Source: Paraspadella gotoi
Lineage: Eukaryota > Animalia > Chaetognatha
DNA length: 64,000 nt
Assembly (NCBI GenBank): GCA_051294375.1
Contig: CM119267.1
Span: 5,693,992-5,757,991, forward strand
Direction of reading: 5' to 3'
Part shown: positions 22,872-33,400 of the stretch, one piece after another
Position numbering within the stretch: the stretch's first letter is position 1
Layout of the letters: every line of letters begins with the position of its first letter
Translations under genes and position numbers: made by a program
The notes under the pieces: generated by a model
Database searches by the model: none
What the model saw: the letters and a program-made list of their open reading frames with translations, nothing else
What the model was told of the DNA's origin: nothing

Positions 22872-24035
22872 ACACTAAGACTAAGACAGAGGGGAAACGA
22901 AAGGCATAAAAACAATGGCATTCGATAATGAGCACAAAAAGCGCTACAACAAAATTTCTCTTTCAGAGCCGCCAGACAGATTTTTTTTCTTCCGTTAAAA
23001 ACTTTTTTTTTATTGTTGTTGTTGTTGTTGTGAGTTCTTAGGGTGTTGTACTCGTCTTTGTCGTCGTCGTCGTCATCGTCGTTGCACTCTCGATTTTCGC
23101 GAAAGGCAAACAACCGGAATTTACGTGACAATGAAGGAAGAGAAAAACTAAAAAAAAAAAAGTGAAAATGAGCGAGAGAGAGTCTTTCACCTTGACACCT
23201 CAAACCCCCCTTAGGCTCTCCCCCCCTTCAGGCTTCCCCCCCCCCTCGCGCGAAAACGGGTGGTTGGCGGCGACGAAAGCTGGCGACGAAAGCGGCGAAC
23301 AAACGGCCGAAATATGGAAAACCAACAACCGACGATAAAGGGACAAGCAAAAAGCCGGGAAAGGGCCGATAAGCAAAACAGTAAAAAAGGCAAAGGCCAG
23401 AACATTAACCCCAGGACGATCTTTGTTTTGATAAACTAGAGAGACAGAGAGAGAGGAGAGAGAGAGAGAGAGAGAGAGAAGAGACACTAAGACTAAGACA
23501 GAGGGGAAACGAAAGGCTAAAAAACAATGGCATTCGATAATGAGCACAAAAAGCGCTACAACAAAATTTCTCTTTCAGAAGGCCGCCAGACAGATTTTTT
23601 TTCTTCCGTTAAAAACTTTTTTTTATTGTTGTTGTTGTTGTTGTGAGTTCTTGGGTGTTGTACTCGTCTTTGTCGTCGTCGGTCGTCATCGTCGTTGCAC
23701 TCTCGATTTTCGCGAAAGGCAAACAACCGGAATTTACGTGACAATGAAGGAAGAGAAAACTAAAAAAAAAAAGTGAAAATGAGCGAAGAGAGTCTTTCAC
23801 CTTGACACCCTCAACCCCCCCTTAGGCTTCCCCCCCTTACGCTTCCCCCCCCCCTGGCGAAAACGGGGTTGGCGGCGACGAAAGCGGCCGACGAAAGCGG
23901 CGACAAAACGGCGAAATATGGGAAACCAAAACCGACGATAAGAGGACAACAAAAAGCGGGAAAAGGGCGATAAAAGCAAAACAGAAAAAGGCAAGGAGAA
24001 CATTAACCCCAGGACGAATCTTTTGTTTGTAAACT
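22225..24035. repeat. Tandem triplication of a ~590-610-bp unit bounded by (GA)n
   Basis: gacactaagactaagacagagggg recurs at 22282, 22871 and 23483. Each unit carries C-run/ttaggc motifs and gcggcgacgaaa repeats. Confidence 0.9.
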
Positions 24036-24040
24036 GAGAG

Positions 24041-24073
<33 letters not shown>

Positions 24074-24398
24074 GAGGAAGAGGGAGAGAAGAGTATTTGA
24101 AGAGATTCAACAGGGGGTTTTTCTCAGTTTCAGATGAGAACATTGTTTGAGCAGTGCTTTATCTCGACTTAAAATTAACTCAATCCATATACGAAAAGAT
24201 AAAAGTAGAATAGTAACTTCATTAAGTATTCAATATCCAAAAGATATGAGCAGCACCATGATAGAGATAAGCAGCAGAAGCGAGACGCAGCAGCAGCTCA
24301 AAGCTATATAAAAACTTAAAATTAATTAACATATACAAGTAATTTCAAAAATATCATTGTATTTAGGCTTTCTCTTTTGTTGTTATTTACAAAGTTTG

Positions 24399-25333
24399 AT
24401 AGGAGATTAACGAAAAAATCGTTTTTTAACAACAATTTGTTTTTATTTTTGCCAGCTAATTTTGAGCTCTTTCTTATCTTATTTTCACTCACCTTTACTT
24501 TACCTATCCCTCACTACCTATTCTTCTTTCATTTTTCAACCTTCACTATTTCATATATTTCAAACTTCAAACTCACAAACAATCAATTTACTAATTTAAT
24601 TTATTAATCTTTGTTATATTTAGTTTTTCTCTCAATTTTTTTTTTTTTTTGTTGTACATTTTCAAATATATTGATTTTTTTTCCTCTCTCCCTGTAAGAT
24701 TGTTTACTCTCATGCTAATGGAGACTATCTTCCAGACGTCTCCCGCTCGAACTGTTTAAAATGGGCTTCTTGAAGAATAAGAACTTTGTAGTCTTTAGAA
24801 ACTTTATTATCAAAAAATATCCATCGGAAACCCGTAAAACGAGATTTCGAAGCAGAAAAAAACGTTTTTTCATGATTCGAGAATTAGGACTAAAGATTCG
24901 TCTCATCTCTCTCCAAATTTCAATATAAAAATCATATAAAAAAGACCGGCGAAAATTGGCTGAACGCGACACAGATAGTTCAAGCGAAAAATATGAGAGA
25001 AAGAAAAAGACGGAAAATTATAGGCAGGCGAGGCGTACTATTTTCTACACTCTCTCTCTCTCTCTCTCTTTCACCAATTTCACATCTTACTCCCTCCTTC
25101 CCTGTCCTCACTTTCACCTGTCCTCATATCTGACCACTGTCCCTTGCTCAATTCTTTGTTGGAAACTCTCTCTCTCTCTCTCTCCTAAACTCAATGTTTG
25201 TGAAACCGAATAGTTGTGATTTAAATGCCGATGATGACTCGGAAATCCCTAAGAGTCAAAACATGTCCGATTTTTATTTGCAAAAATAAAAACAAATTGT
25301 TGTTAAAAACCGATTTTTTCGTTAATCTCCTAT
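24399..25333. repeat. Inverted repeat pair (~54 bp; 24399-24452 / 25280-25333); the right arm is the tail of the 25228 hammerhead
   Basis: ataggagattaacgaaaaaatcgttttttaacaacaatttgtttttatttttgc versus gcaaaaataaaaacaaattgttgttaaaaaccgattttttcgttaatctcctat. Confidence 0.75.
25228..25267 (+). ncRNA. Degenerate hammerhead ribozyme motif (Penelope type), probably inactive
   Basis: CCGATGA-T-GACTC ggaaatccctaa GAGTC-AAAA-CATG-TC: perfect 5-bp stem II and ACATGT palindrome, with U4>C and G12>A core changes that are also seen in the duplicate at ~32025-32067. Confidence 0.65.
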
Positions 25334-25579
25334 TAAAAATATCAGAGAAATCTCCCAAAAATTAAGAATTCACTCTCCTTTTATAAACAAGGACAAAATT
25401 CTAACAACCAATAAGAAGAGAGTTCACATTTTGACAATACAATCAAAACATCTACTAATTATTATTAACCAATGAGAGACCAGATATTCAAATTCAAAGT
25501 ATAAAATTCAACCAATTAGGAGCTTTAAACAGAATTATTGGAGTCATTTAATTAAACCTTAAATTCAAAAAATGAAAGG

Positions 25580-25746
25580 TCAGGGCTCAATTCGGATAAA
25601 AATCAAATCTTCCGCTTGGGGGAAAAAGAACTCCTTCTTGACGCTAATCCTTTGAAGCGCCCTCTCCTTCCGCCAGGCCAACATCGATCGCCACTCTTTG
25701 ATCACGCTCGACACGTTACCGGCCATCTCTTGGACCACAATATCAA
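25580..25746 (-). CDS. Possible extra 3' globin exon giving a C-terminal extension
   Basis: Acceptor ttttgttcgtcgtAG|TT GAT is phase-compatible with a weak donor G|GTTGAA at 26105/26104. GC-rich open frame VDIVVQEMAGNVSSVIKEWRSMLAWRKERALQRISVKKEFFFPQAEDLIFIRIEP*. It could instead be 3' UTR. Confidence 0.3.
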
Positions 25747-26099
25747 CTACGACGAACAAAATGACAATCCGAGGGTTTTTTGTTCCCTTGACGGCTCTAA
25801 ACTTGCAAGTTTGCAACAACAACAAAAACACTAGATCAGAGTCGACATCATATCGAGCAACAGCATTTTTTTTTTTTTTTTTAATTTTCAAAAAGCTAAA
25901 CTAACATCTTTCACGCACAATCAATAAAAAGCCCCGGCCATATTTTCCCAACGCGCGAGGAAAAAAAAAAACCCACTTCCCCACAAAAAAATATATTATT
26001 TTACTTTAGAATTTTAATTAATTAATCCGTCTATCGAACGTCATTTTCGTCTTTTTTTTTCCATTTTTTGTTTGTTGTTTTTTTTTTTTTTTTTTTTTT

Positions 26100-26383
26100 T
26101 CAACCAGGGAATTCAATGGATCTCCTCGCTCCGAGATCCTTCTCCGCCTGAGTCAACCCGCTGTTGAAGATGAGGCCCACGAGGCCGATCAACTTCATCC
26201 AGGCGGCCTCGATCTCCGAGTTGAATTCCATGCCTAAGCCCTTGCGAACGGCGTTGAGGAGTGCGTTGCCCAGTTTGCTCATGTCTTCGCAATGAACGTC
26301 CTGCTTCTGATGCCAGTAGCCGATTTCGTAGAGGGTCTGAACATCTCGTTCCTTGTTGTCCCCGGTTAAAAGGAGGACGACGA
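26100..26383 (-). CDS. Globin exon encoding the end of helix E and helices F, G and H
   Basis: Acceptor ccctcAG|TC. Reads VVLLLTGDNKERDVQTLYEIGYWHQKQDVHCEDMSKLGNALLNAVRKGLGMEFNSEIEAAWMKLIGLVGLIFNSG with proximal His F8, G-helix LGxALL, GH-corner LGxEF and H-helix AAWxKL, a canonical 3/3 globin pattern. TGA at 26102-26100. Confidence 0.9.
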
Positions 26384-26629
26384 CTGAGGGCGGAGGGCCC
26401 CTTTTCCCCCCGCACGCTACCCTTACCCCTCATGCCCTCTTCCCCCTTTTCCCCCCACGCTACCCCTCACCCCTCCAGNNNNNNNNNNNNNNNNNNNNNN
26501 NNNNNNNNNNNNNNNNNNNNNNNNNNNNNNNNNNNNNNNNNNNNAAAAGGTAGAGGGAGAAATGGTACAACCAAATTTAAGCGGAATTAACTTTATAACT
26601 ATAAATATTGACAAAATCGATGAAGTTAT

Positions 26630-26748
26630 GAATATTTTTAATTCGAGTGGGACAGACCGACGGACCGACAGACATAGAGACGGACAAACAGACAGACATT
26701 ACCCACCGAAAAGCGACTTATTGGAGTTGCTCCTCGAGCACTCACCGG
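26630..26748 (-). mobile_element. HINE-like element fragment at the 5' end of the globin central intron
   Basis: gtgggacagaccgacggaccgacagac...ccgaaaagcgacttattggagttgctcctcgagcactcac matches 61871-61940 (ccgaaaagtgacttatagagttgctccgcgagtactcgc). Confidence 0.75.
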
Positions 26749-26988
26749 AGTTCAAGGAATCCAATACTTTCTTGCAATGACTCTGCATTCGCGAGGTGTT
26801 GAGAAATGGATAAGGCACGGTCGAATTTGGTCTCGTAGGCGAACTTTGACCTTCTCTTCGGGAAGAGGCTGAGAAGGACTCGAAGATGAAGCAGCCCGAC
26901 TCGCCCTCCTGCATCCAACACTTCGTCCACGTTTCATGACGAGCAGATCTATTTCCGGCGCGGCGAGAGCTTATTCTGATTCTTTATT
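26746..26988 (-). CDS. Globin exon encoding helices A-E (contains small indels and one in-frame TAA, probably sequence errors)
   Basis: Acceptor ccccttAG at 26990-26989. Switching frames gives EIDLL.ETW (A12 Trp), SGCFIFESF.SLFP (B10 Phe, C2 Pro), KF (CD1 Phe) and FLNTSRMQSHCKKVLDSLNS (distal His E7). The phase-1 donor G|GTGAGT at 26746/26745 matches the phase-1 acceptor at 26383. Confidence 0.8.
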
Positions 26989-27110
26989 CTAAGGGGCGGG
27001 GGAGGGGGGCGCGGGCCGTGGGCGCGGGGATTCGGTTGTCGGTCGCGGTGGAGGGGGGAAAGGAAACGGCAGAGATTAAAGAGAGTGAAGAGATAGTAAT
27101 TATTGATATA

Positions 27111-27260
27111 AGCAGTCCCTGAGCTTCGGATTAGGCTGTAACACTGTGTTACAGGCGAGTTAAGCGTCCCGTCCCTCTTAACTGCGAGGCGACCACCGGG
27201 CGAGAACCCCGGACCTTTGGGTTGGGAGGCGAATGACTTGCCTCCGGCACTAATGGCCGC
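27111..27260 (-). mobile_element. tRNA-derived SINE (72-nt tRNA-Gly-like head at 27260-27189 plus hairpin-rich body) upstream of the globin A-E exon
   Basis: Minus strand GCGGCCA...TGGTCGC 7-bp acceptor stem, CCGGG..GTTC..CCCGG T arm, CT-CCC-AA loop with a broken anticodon stem, then hairpins gttaag..cttaac and ctgtaacacagtgttacag. Noisy duplicate at ~34870-35070. Confidence 0.6.
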
Positions 27261-27440
27261 TGATGAACGGTTGGTGGATTTTAGTCCACCATAGGAGGAT
27301 GGATGAAATGTAAGGTTGAGGCAACGATCGAGACGAAGTTCGGAGCAATAATGAATTTTATTCGAGTGAATAAAACGGAGACAAAACAGAGNNNNNNNNN
27401 NNNNNNNNNNNNNNNNAGGCGTAGCTTATACGTTGATCGC

Positions 27441-30400
27441 AATAATTTAAATAAAACAAAATTTGGATTTTCACAACAAATTTTTTTATGATTTGAAGGA
27501 CATGTTTTCGGACGTCATTTTGTTCTTCATCAGTGCTAGTTTGCGTTTGAATTTCCAAAAGTTGGCAAGTTTTAAGTTGAGAAGAGAGAGCAGAGTGAAG
27601 AGAAATTCGCCTCGTTTTTCGTAGTCATTTTAGGTCATTGTTTCTCTCTCTCAAATCTTCGACCCGTTTATAACGTTGGTCAGTTTTAAACGTTTATTTT
27701 TATAATTTTTATGACAGACTTTTTAGTCGTTTTAAACCACTCTTTGGAAGTCGTTGCTTCGTCGAAACAGTTATTTTTACGGGTTTTCGAACTTATTTTG
27801 TCACGTTATTGTCATGTATTTTGCCAGTCTGTCACGGAATTAAACTGTTGAGACTTACGGGAATTCTCGTTTTACACTCAGAGAGATAAAAGTCAGGCGA
27901 GACTTTTGTTCAAAACCATTTTTTGGACGAAGCGACTCGGCAAACGCCCGGCTGCAAGCGTGAGAGATGAGAGTGAGTGAAATCAGAGCTTCCTTTCGTC
28001 TCGAGAAATGGGCCAAAGTCAGATGCGAATATCGAATGCCAGGCCGTCGACGTCGCGCTCTTTTTCTCCCTATAGCTTTTGCCCACACGCCGCCACATGC
28101 GTCAATACAATTTAGGATTATATTTAATTATTGTTTACAGAAATTAAACATTGCCTTGTTATACAGACTAAAATGAGCCAAACAAATGTTAACAAAATTT
28201 GTTAAAGGTTTATGGAAAATGTAATAGAACATCTTCTCTTTAGTCTAAATTAATTTTGCTATTCTAAGTGTTAATAGTTATTATTTATTATTATTATTAA
28301 ATATTATTATTATATGGTTATTATTAATGTGTACTTCATATTTAACAGAGTAGTTCTTATTGTTAAACGATATTCAAATGGAATTTTTTTTCATTTGATA
28401 AAAAAGCGATTACGAAAGGGAGAGACGTGCGTATTTGAGTATCAGCGATTATGGTAAGTTACAAACTCAATATCCTCCTCTTGTAAGCCCTTTGAATCAC
28501 TAACGCGCCTCGCCGCGTATTAAAGTTTCTGATGATCTACCTGCCGCTACTAAAAGGCCTCGTCTCTATGAAGCGGTTTAAGAATAAGGATAATTGACCT
28601 GCGTTATGTGTCTGGTACTTACGCCCACTTTTCCACTCTTTGTTGCTTAATCTTTAAAAACTGTTTATGATGAAGCACTTATCTCTTTATTAGAATCGTA
28701 TGCTCACTATTTGAGTATGAGAAGCAGATTCTTTATTTTTGGACTGAAAACGGGTTAGAATTCTGTGTTAAAACTATTATTTCATTAAAAAGTGAATTAA
28801 CCAGCTTTCTTGGATATCAATTTGCTGATTTTGTTTACAATTTTTTTTGCCAAATTTGCTTTTTCAGTAATCGAGAGAACGGTAAATTAGGCCGAAGAAT
28901 TTATCATTTTTGTAGTACTTGGGATGATATTATATTCAAATACAAGAAGTGATTAGAGGGGACACAAGAAGTCCTGATGATCCATATCTTGTCCTGTTAT
29001 GACTCCGCGGCTACTGACCTACTGGTAAATCTTTACGGCTCTACAGTGATGATAATATCCTTAGTTTTTGGTCGATTCTTATCATAGCAATTTAAAATAT
29101 TAATTTAGATAATATCTTTTCTCTTCCAAGCCGAAGACTGTCCTAATTGTAACAAATTATTCCAAAGCAAGAAAGGGAGGAAGAGGTGGAGAATCACAGG
29201 CGCACGAGGTGTGATGAAGACAGTAAGAGCGAGACCTTTTGAGAATATCTAGACCGAACACTTTAAAGACGTAAGAGTATCTTATTGTTAGAGGCCGCAA
29301 GAAAAGAACATAAAAACCAACATGGTGCTATCTCTCTCTCAGTAAAATTGGGAGCCACCAGAAAACGCGGCGTAGTAATCAACACAATATCAAACTCATC
29401 CTCCATAAGATCATGTCCCGCCAAGACAGTATTAATCCTTTTCTCCGTATAAAAAAAATACATTTTTTTTATACTGTGTTGGTTGTTGTTGTTGTATGTG
29501 TTGAGGCAGTGTTGTACTTCCGTCTCTTGTGTCGCTCGTTTCGTCGTCTTGTCATGTCGTCGTTGCTACTCTTCGGTATTTTTCTTGGCGAAAGGCAAAC
29601 GAAATTTCCGAAATTTACGCTTCGATCATGATTGAAGGACAGAGAAAAAATGAGAGTGGCAAGTATTAAATAGAGGAAATAACGGGTGGAGAGACACCGC
29701 CATGAAGTCCCGGCCGCGCCGGAACGACGACCCGGCCGGTTAAGGCCATTGAGACGGGAGAGATCTTGTCACACTGACCCTCAACCCCCCCCTGAGCTTT
29801 CCGCCCCGCGCCCGTTAGGGCGTTCCCCCCCCACCCCTGGCCGACCAACAGGGGTTGGCGCGGCGACCGCAGAACGCGGGCTACGGAAAAGCGGGACTGT
29901 GAGACACAACCGGAGCGACGCAAGATCCCGAATGGAGGAAACGCAAAACGAACGAGGCCTGGTACGATCAAAGAAGGACAACAAAAAGCGAGGAAGGAAG
30001 GGCGATTAAAAGCCAAACCAGACCAAGCAAAGCAAGCAAATCCGTTCGATGTGAGACACCCAGGAACAGAATCTTGTTGTATTTGATAATTAACTGAGAG
30101 AGTGTAGAAAGAAGAATATGCGCGGGATGAGTAGGGAAGAGAGAGAGAAGAAGGACGGACTAAGTACTTAATGACATGCAGAGGAGCGGGAAACGAAAGG
30201 CATAGACCCCATGTCAATTACCCATTCATTACTAATATGTGCTATTCGATAATGGAGCACATCAAATTAAAAGACGCGTAAACAAAATATTTCTCCTATT
30301 CAGAGAGCCGCCAGGACAGATTTTTTTTCTTCCGTGAAAAAACGCTTTGTTTTTATTTTGTTGTTTGTTGGTTGTGAGTTCTTAGGGTGTAGTGTACTCG

Positions 30401-33400
30401 TCTTTGTCGTCGTCGTCGGCGAATCGTCGTGTGCCAGCTCTCCGATTTCAGCGAAAGGCAAACCAACGGAATTTACGTGGACAATGAAGGAAGAAGAAGG
30501 AACTAGGAAAAAGAAAGAGTAGAAAGAATGAGCGAGAGAGAGTCTGTTACTCTTGAGCACCTAACCCCCCCCTTAGGCTTCCCCCCCCTTAGGCTTCCCC
30601 TCGTCCCCCGTTGGCGAAAAGGGGTTGGCGGCGACGAAAGCGGCGACGAAAGCGGCGACAAAAACGGCGAAAATATGGGGAAAACCAAAAAACCGACGAT
30701 AAGGGATCAACAAAAAGCGGGGAAAGGGGCGATAACGCAAAACAGAAAAGGCAAAGGCAGAAACATTAACCCCAGGACGAATCTTTTGGTGGTGTTGATA
30801 AACGCTGAGAGAGAGAGAGAGAGAGAGAGGAGAGGAGAGAGATGGGTTTTGAAGAGATTCACAGGGGGTTTTCTAGTTTCAGATAGAACATTGTTAGCAG
30901 TGCTTTGCTCGACTGTAAAATTAAACTCAATCCATATTACGAAAAAGATTAAAAGTAGAATAGTAACTGTCATTAAGTATTCAATAGTCCAAAATATGAG
31001 GCAGACCATGATAGAGTAAGCAGGAGAAGCGAAGGACGCAGCAGGCAGCTCAAAGCTATATAAAAACTTAAATTAATTAACAATATACAAGTAATTTCAA
31101 AAATATCATTGTATTTAGGCTTTCTCTTTTGTTGTTATTTTACAAAGTTTGATAGGAGATTAACGAAAATCGTTTTTTTACACAATTTTGTTTTATTTGC
31201 CAGCTAATTTTGAGCTCTTTCTTATCTTATTTTCACTCACCTTTATTTAACCTATCCCTCACTACCTATTCTTTCTTTCATTTTAACCTCCTAGTTTCAT
31301 ATATTTCAAACTTCAAACTCACAACAATCAATTTACTAATTTTGAATTTATTAATCTTTGTTATATTTAGTTTTTCTTCTCAATTTTTTTTTTTTTTGTT
31401 GTACATTTTCAAATATATTGATTTTTTTTCCTCTCTCCCTGTAAGATTGTTTACTCGCTCATGCGTAATGAGACTATCTTCCAGACGTCTCCCGGCTCGA
31501 ACTTGGTGTTAAAGGGCTTCATGAAGAATAAGAACTTTGTAGTCTTTAGAAACTTTAGTTATTCCAAAAAAATTATCATGCGGAAACCCGTAAACGAGAT
31601 TTCGAAGCAGAAAAAACGTTTTTTCATTGATTCGAGAATTAGGACTAAAGATTCGCTCTCATCTCTCTCCAAATGTTCCAATATCAAAAATCATATAAAA
31701 AGACCGGCGAAAATTGGCTGATACGGGCGGACACAAGATAGTTCAAGCGAAAAATATGAGAGGAAAGAAAAAGGACGGAAATATATAGGCAGGCGAGGCG
31801 TATAATTTTCTACCACTCTCTCTCTCTCTCTCTCTTGGGATCCGCGACGAAAAGTATTGCAGGCAATTCCGATTGACTCCCCTCTGCCCTGTCCCCTTTC
31901 ACCTGTCCTAGATCTGACCACTGTCCTTTGCGTCATCTTTGTGGAAGACTTCTCTCTCTCTTCTCTTCTTCCTAACTAAACGATGTGGTTTGTTGAAACC
32001 GAATTAGTTTGATGGTATAAAATGCCGATATGACTGCAGGAAATCCCTAAGGAAGTCAAAACATGTCGATTTATTATTTGCAAAATAAAAACAAATTGGT
32101 TGATTGTTGAAACCGATTTGTTTACGAGGGTAGGGTTAATCGGTCACTATAATTAAACTTAGGACTACGCGTTTCAAGAGCAGGATACTCCGTCCACACA
32201 ACGAATATATGTTACATCTCACCTCATTTATTAAACAGACAAAAATAATCTACAACTTCAAGTGAAGGAAAGAGAGTTCACCCATTATACGAATAATACT
32301 CTAACTCTCTACAAATGCGTATTTTTATTGATCTCATACACCTATGATGAGATCATTCAGACTATACTTCACCATTAATCTCATACAGCTATATAACTAT
32401 TCACCAATTTACGGCTCTTTTAATATACCTAGTCTACTTCATAGCTGGACGTCAATTTGAATATGCACCATAAATTCAAAATACTGAAAGTCTGGCTCCA
32501 AGTGTTTCTGAGAAATAATACATCAATCTCTCCGCTTGGGCGTGGAAAACATAGCAAGCTCTTCTCTCTTGATGTCTAAATCCTTTGATAGCGCCTCTCT
32601 ACTTCCAACTAGGTCCAAACTATCGCTCGCCTGCGCTCCGTGATCCCAAACGATCGACACGCTCTACAGGACGATTGTCCCTCTTGACCTTATAATTATA
32701 ACTCATACCTCGAGAGACAAAAAATGACAATTCTGAGTGTGGCTTTCTCTGCTCTTCGATCCGCGTCGCTCTCTAAACTCGTGCAATTTTGCCATCCACT
32801 CAACAACAAACTAACCACCTCTATCGTCTCTCAGAGTCTACCATCATATTGAGTCAACACGCTATCTCTCTTTCTCTTTTTTTTTCTATACTCTCCTCTC
32901 AAAAAGCTAAACTACACTCCTTCCTACGTCACAATCCATAAATATTACCCGGCATATTCTCTCTCTCCCAATGCTCGCTGAGGATAAACAAAATACATAC
33001 CCTCACCTCTCCTCCACTAATACCTTTTCGTATTTTATTTTCACTTTAGAATTTTTAATTAATCTAATCCGATCTCTAGTCGTATATATGTCTCTTACGA
33101 TTCGTCCTTCTCTTTCTCCATCTTTCTCGATTTGTTTTGTTTTGGTTGTTATATTTTTTATTATATCTTTTTTTATCAACCAGGGAATTCTAATCGTGGA
33201 GTCCATCGGTGCCTCGGGTGAGAGCCGGAAGGATACGCCCTTCTGCCAGCTCCGTCTTCTCGATGCTTCCCTACCTCGCTCTCCTCTTGCCTTGTACAGA
33301 TGAGCGATCCCACGAAGGCGCGAATTCGAACTTCATCCAAGAGCAAGGGGCTCCTTCCGCATAATACTCCCGTGCCCCAGAGTTTGATTTCCGTTAAAAT

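Noticed and set aside
27189-27260. Functional tRNA-Gly(CCC)
   Set aside because: The anticodon stem does not pair and the D and T loops deviate from consensus; it is better explained as a SINE head.
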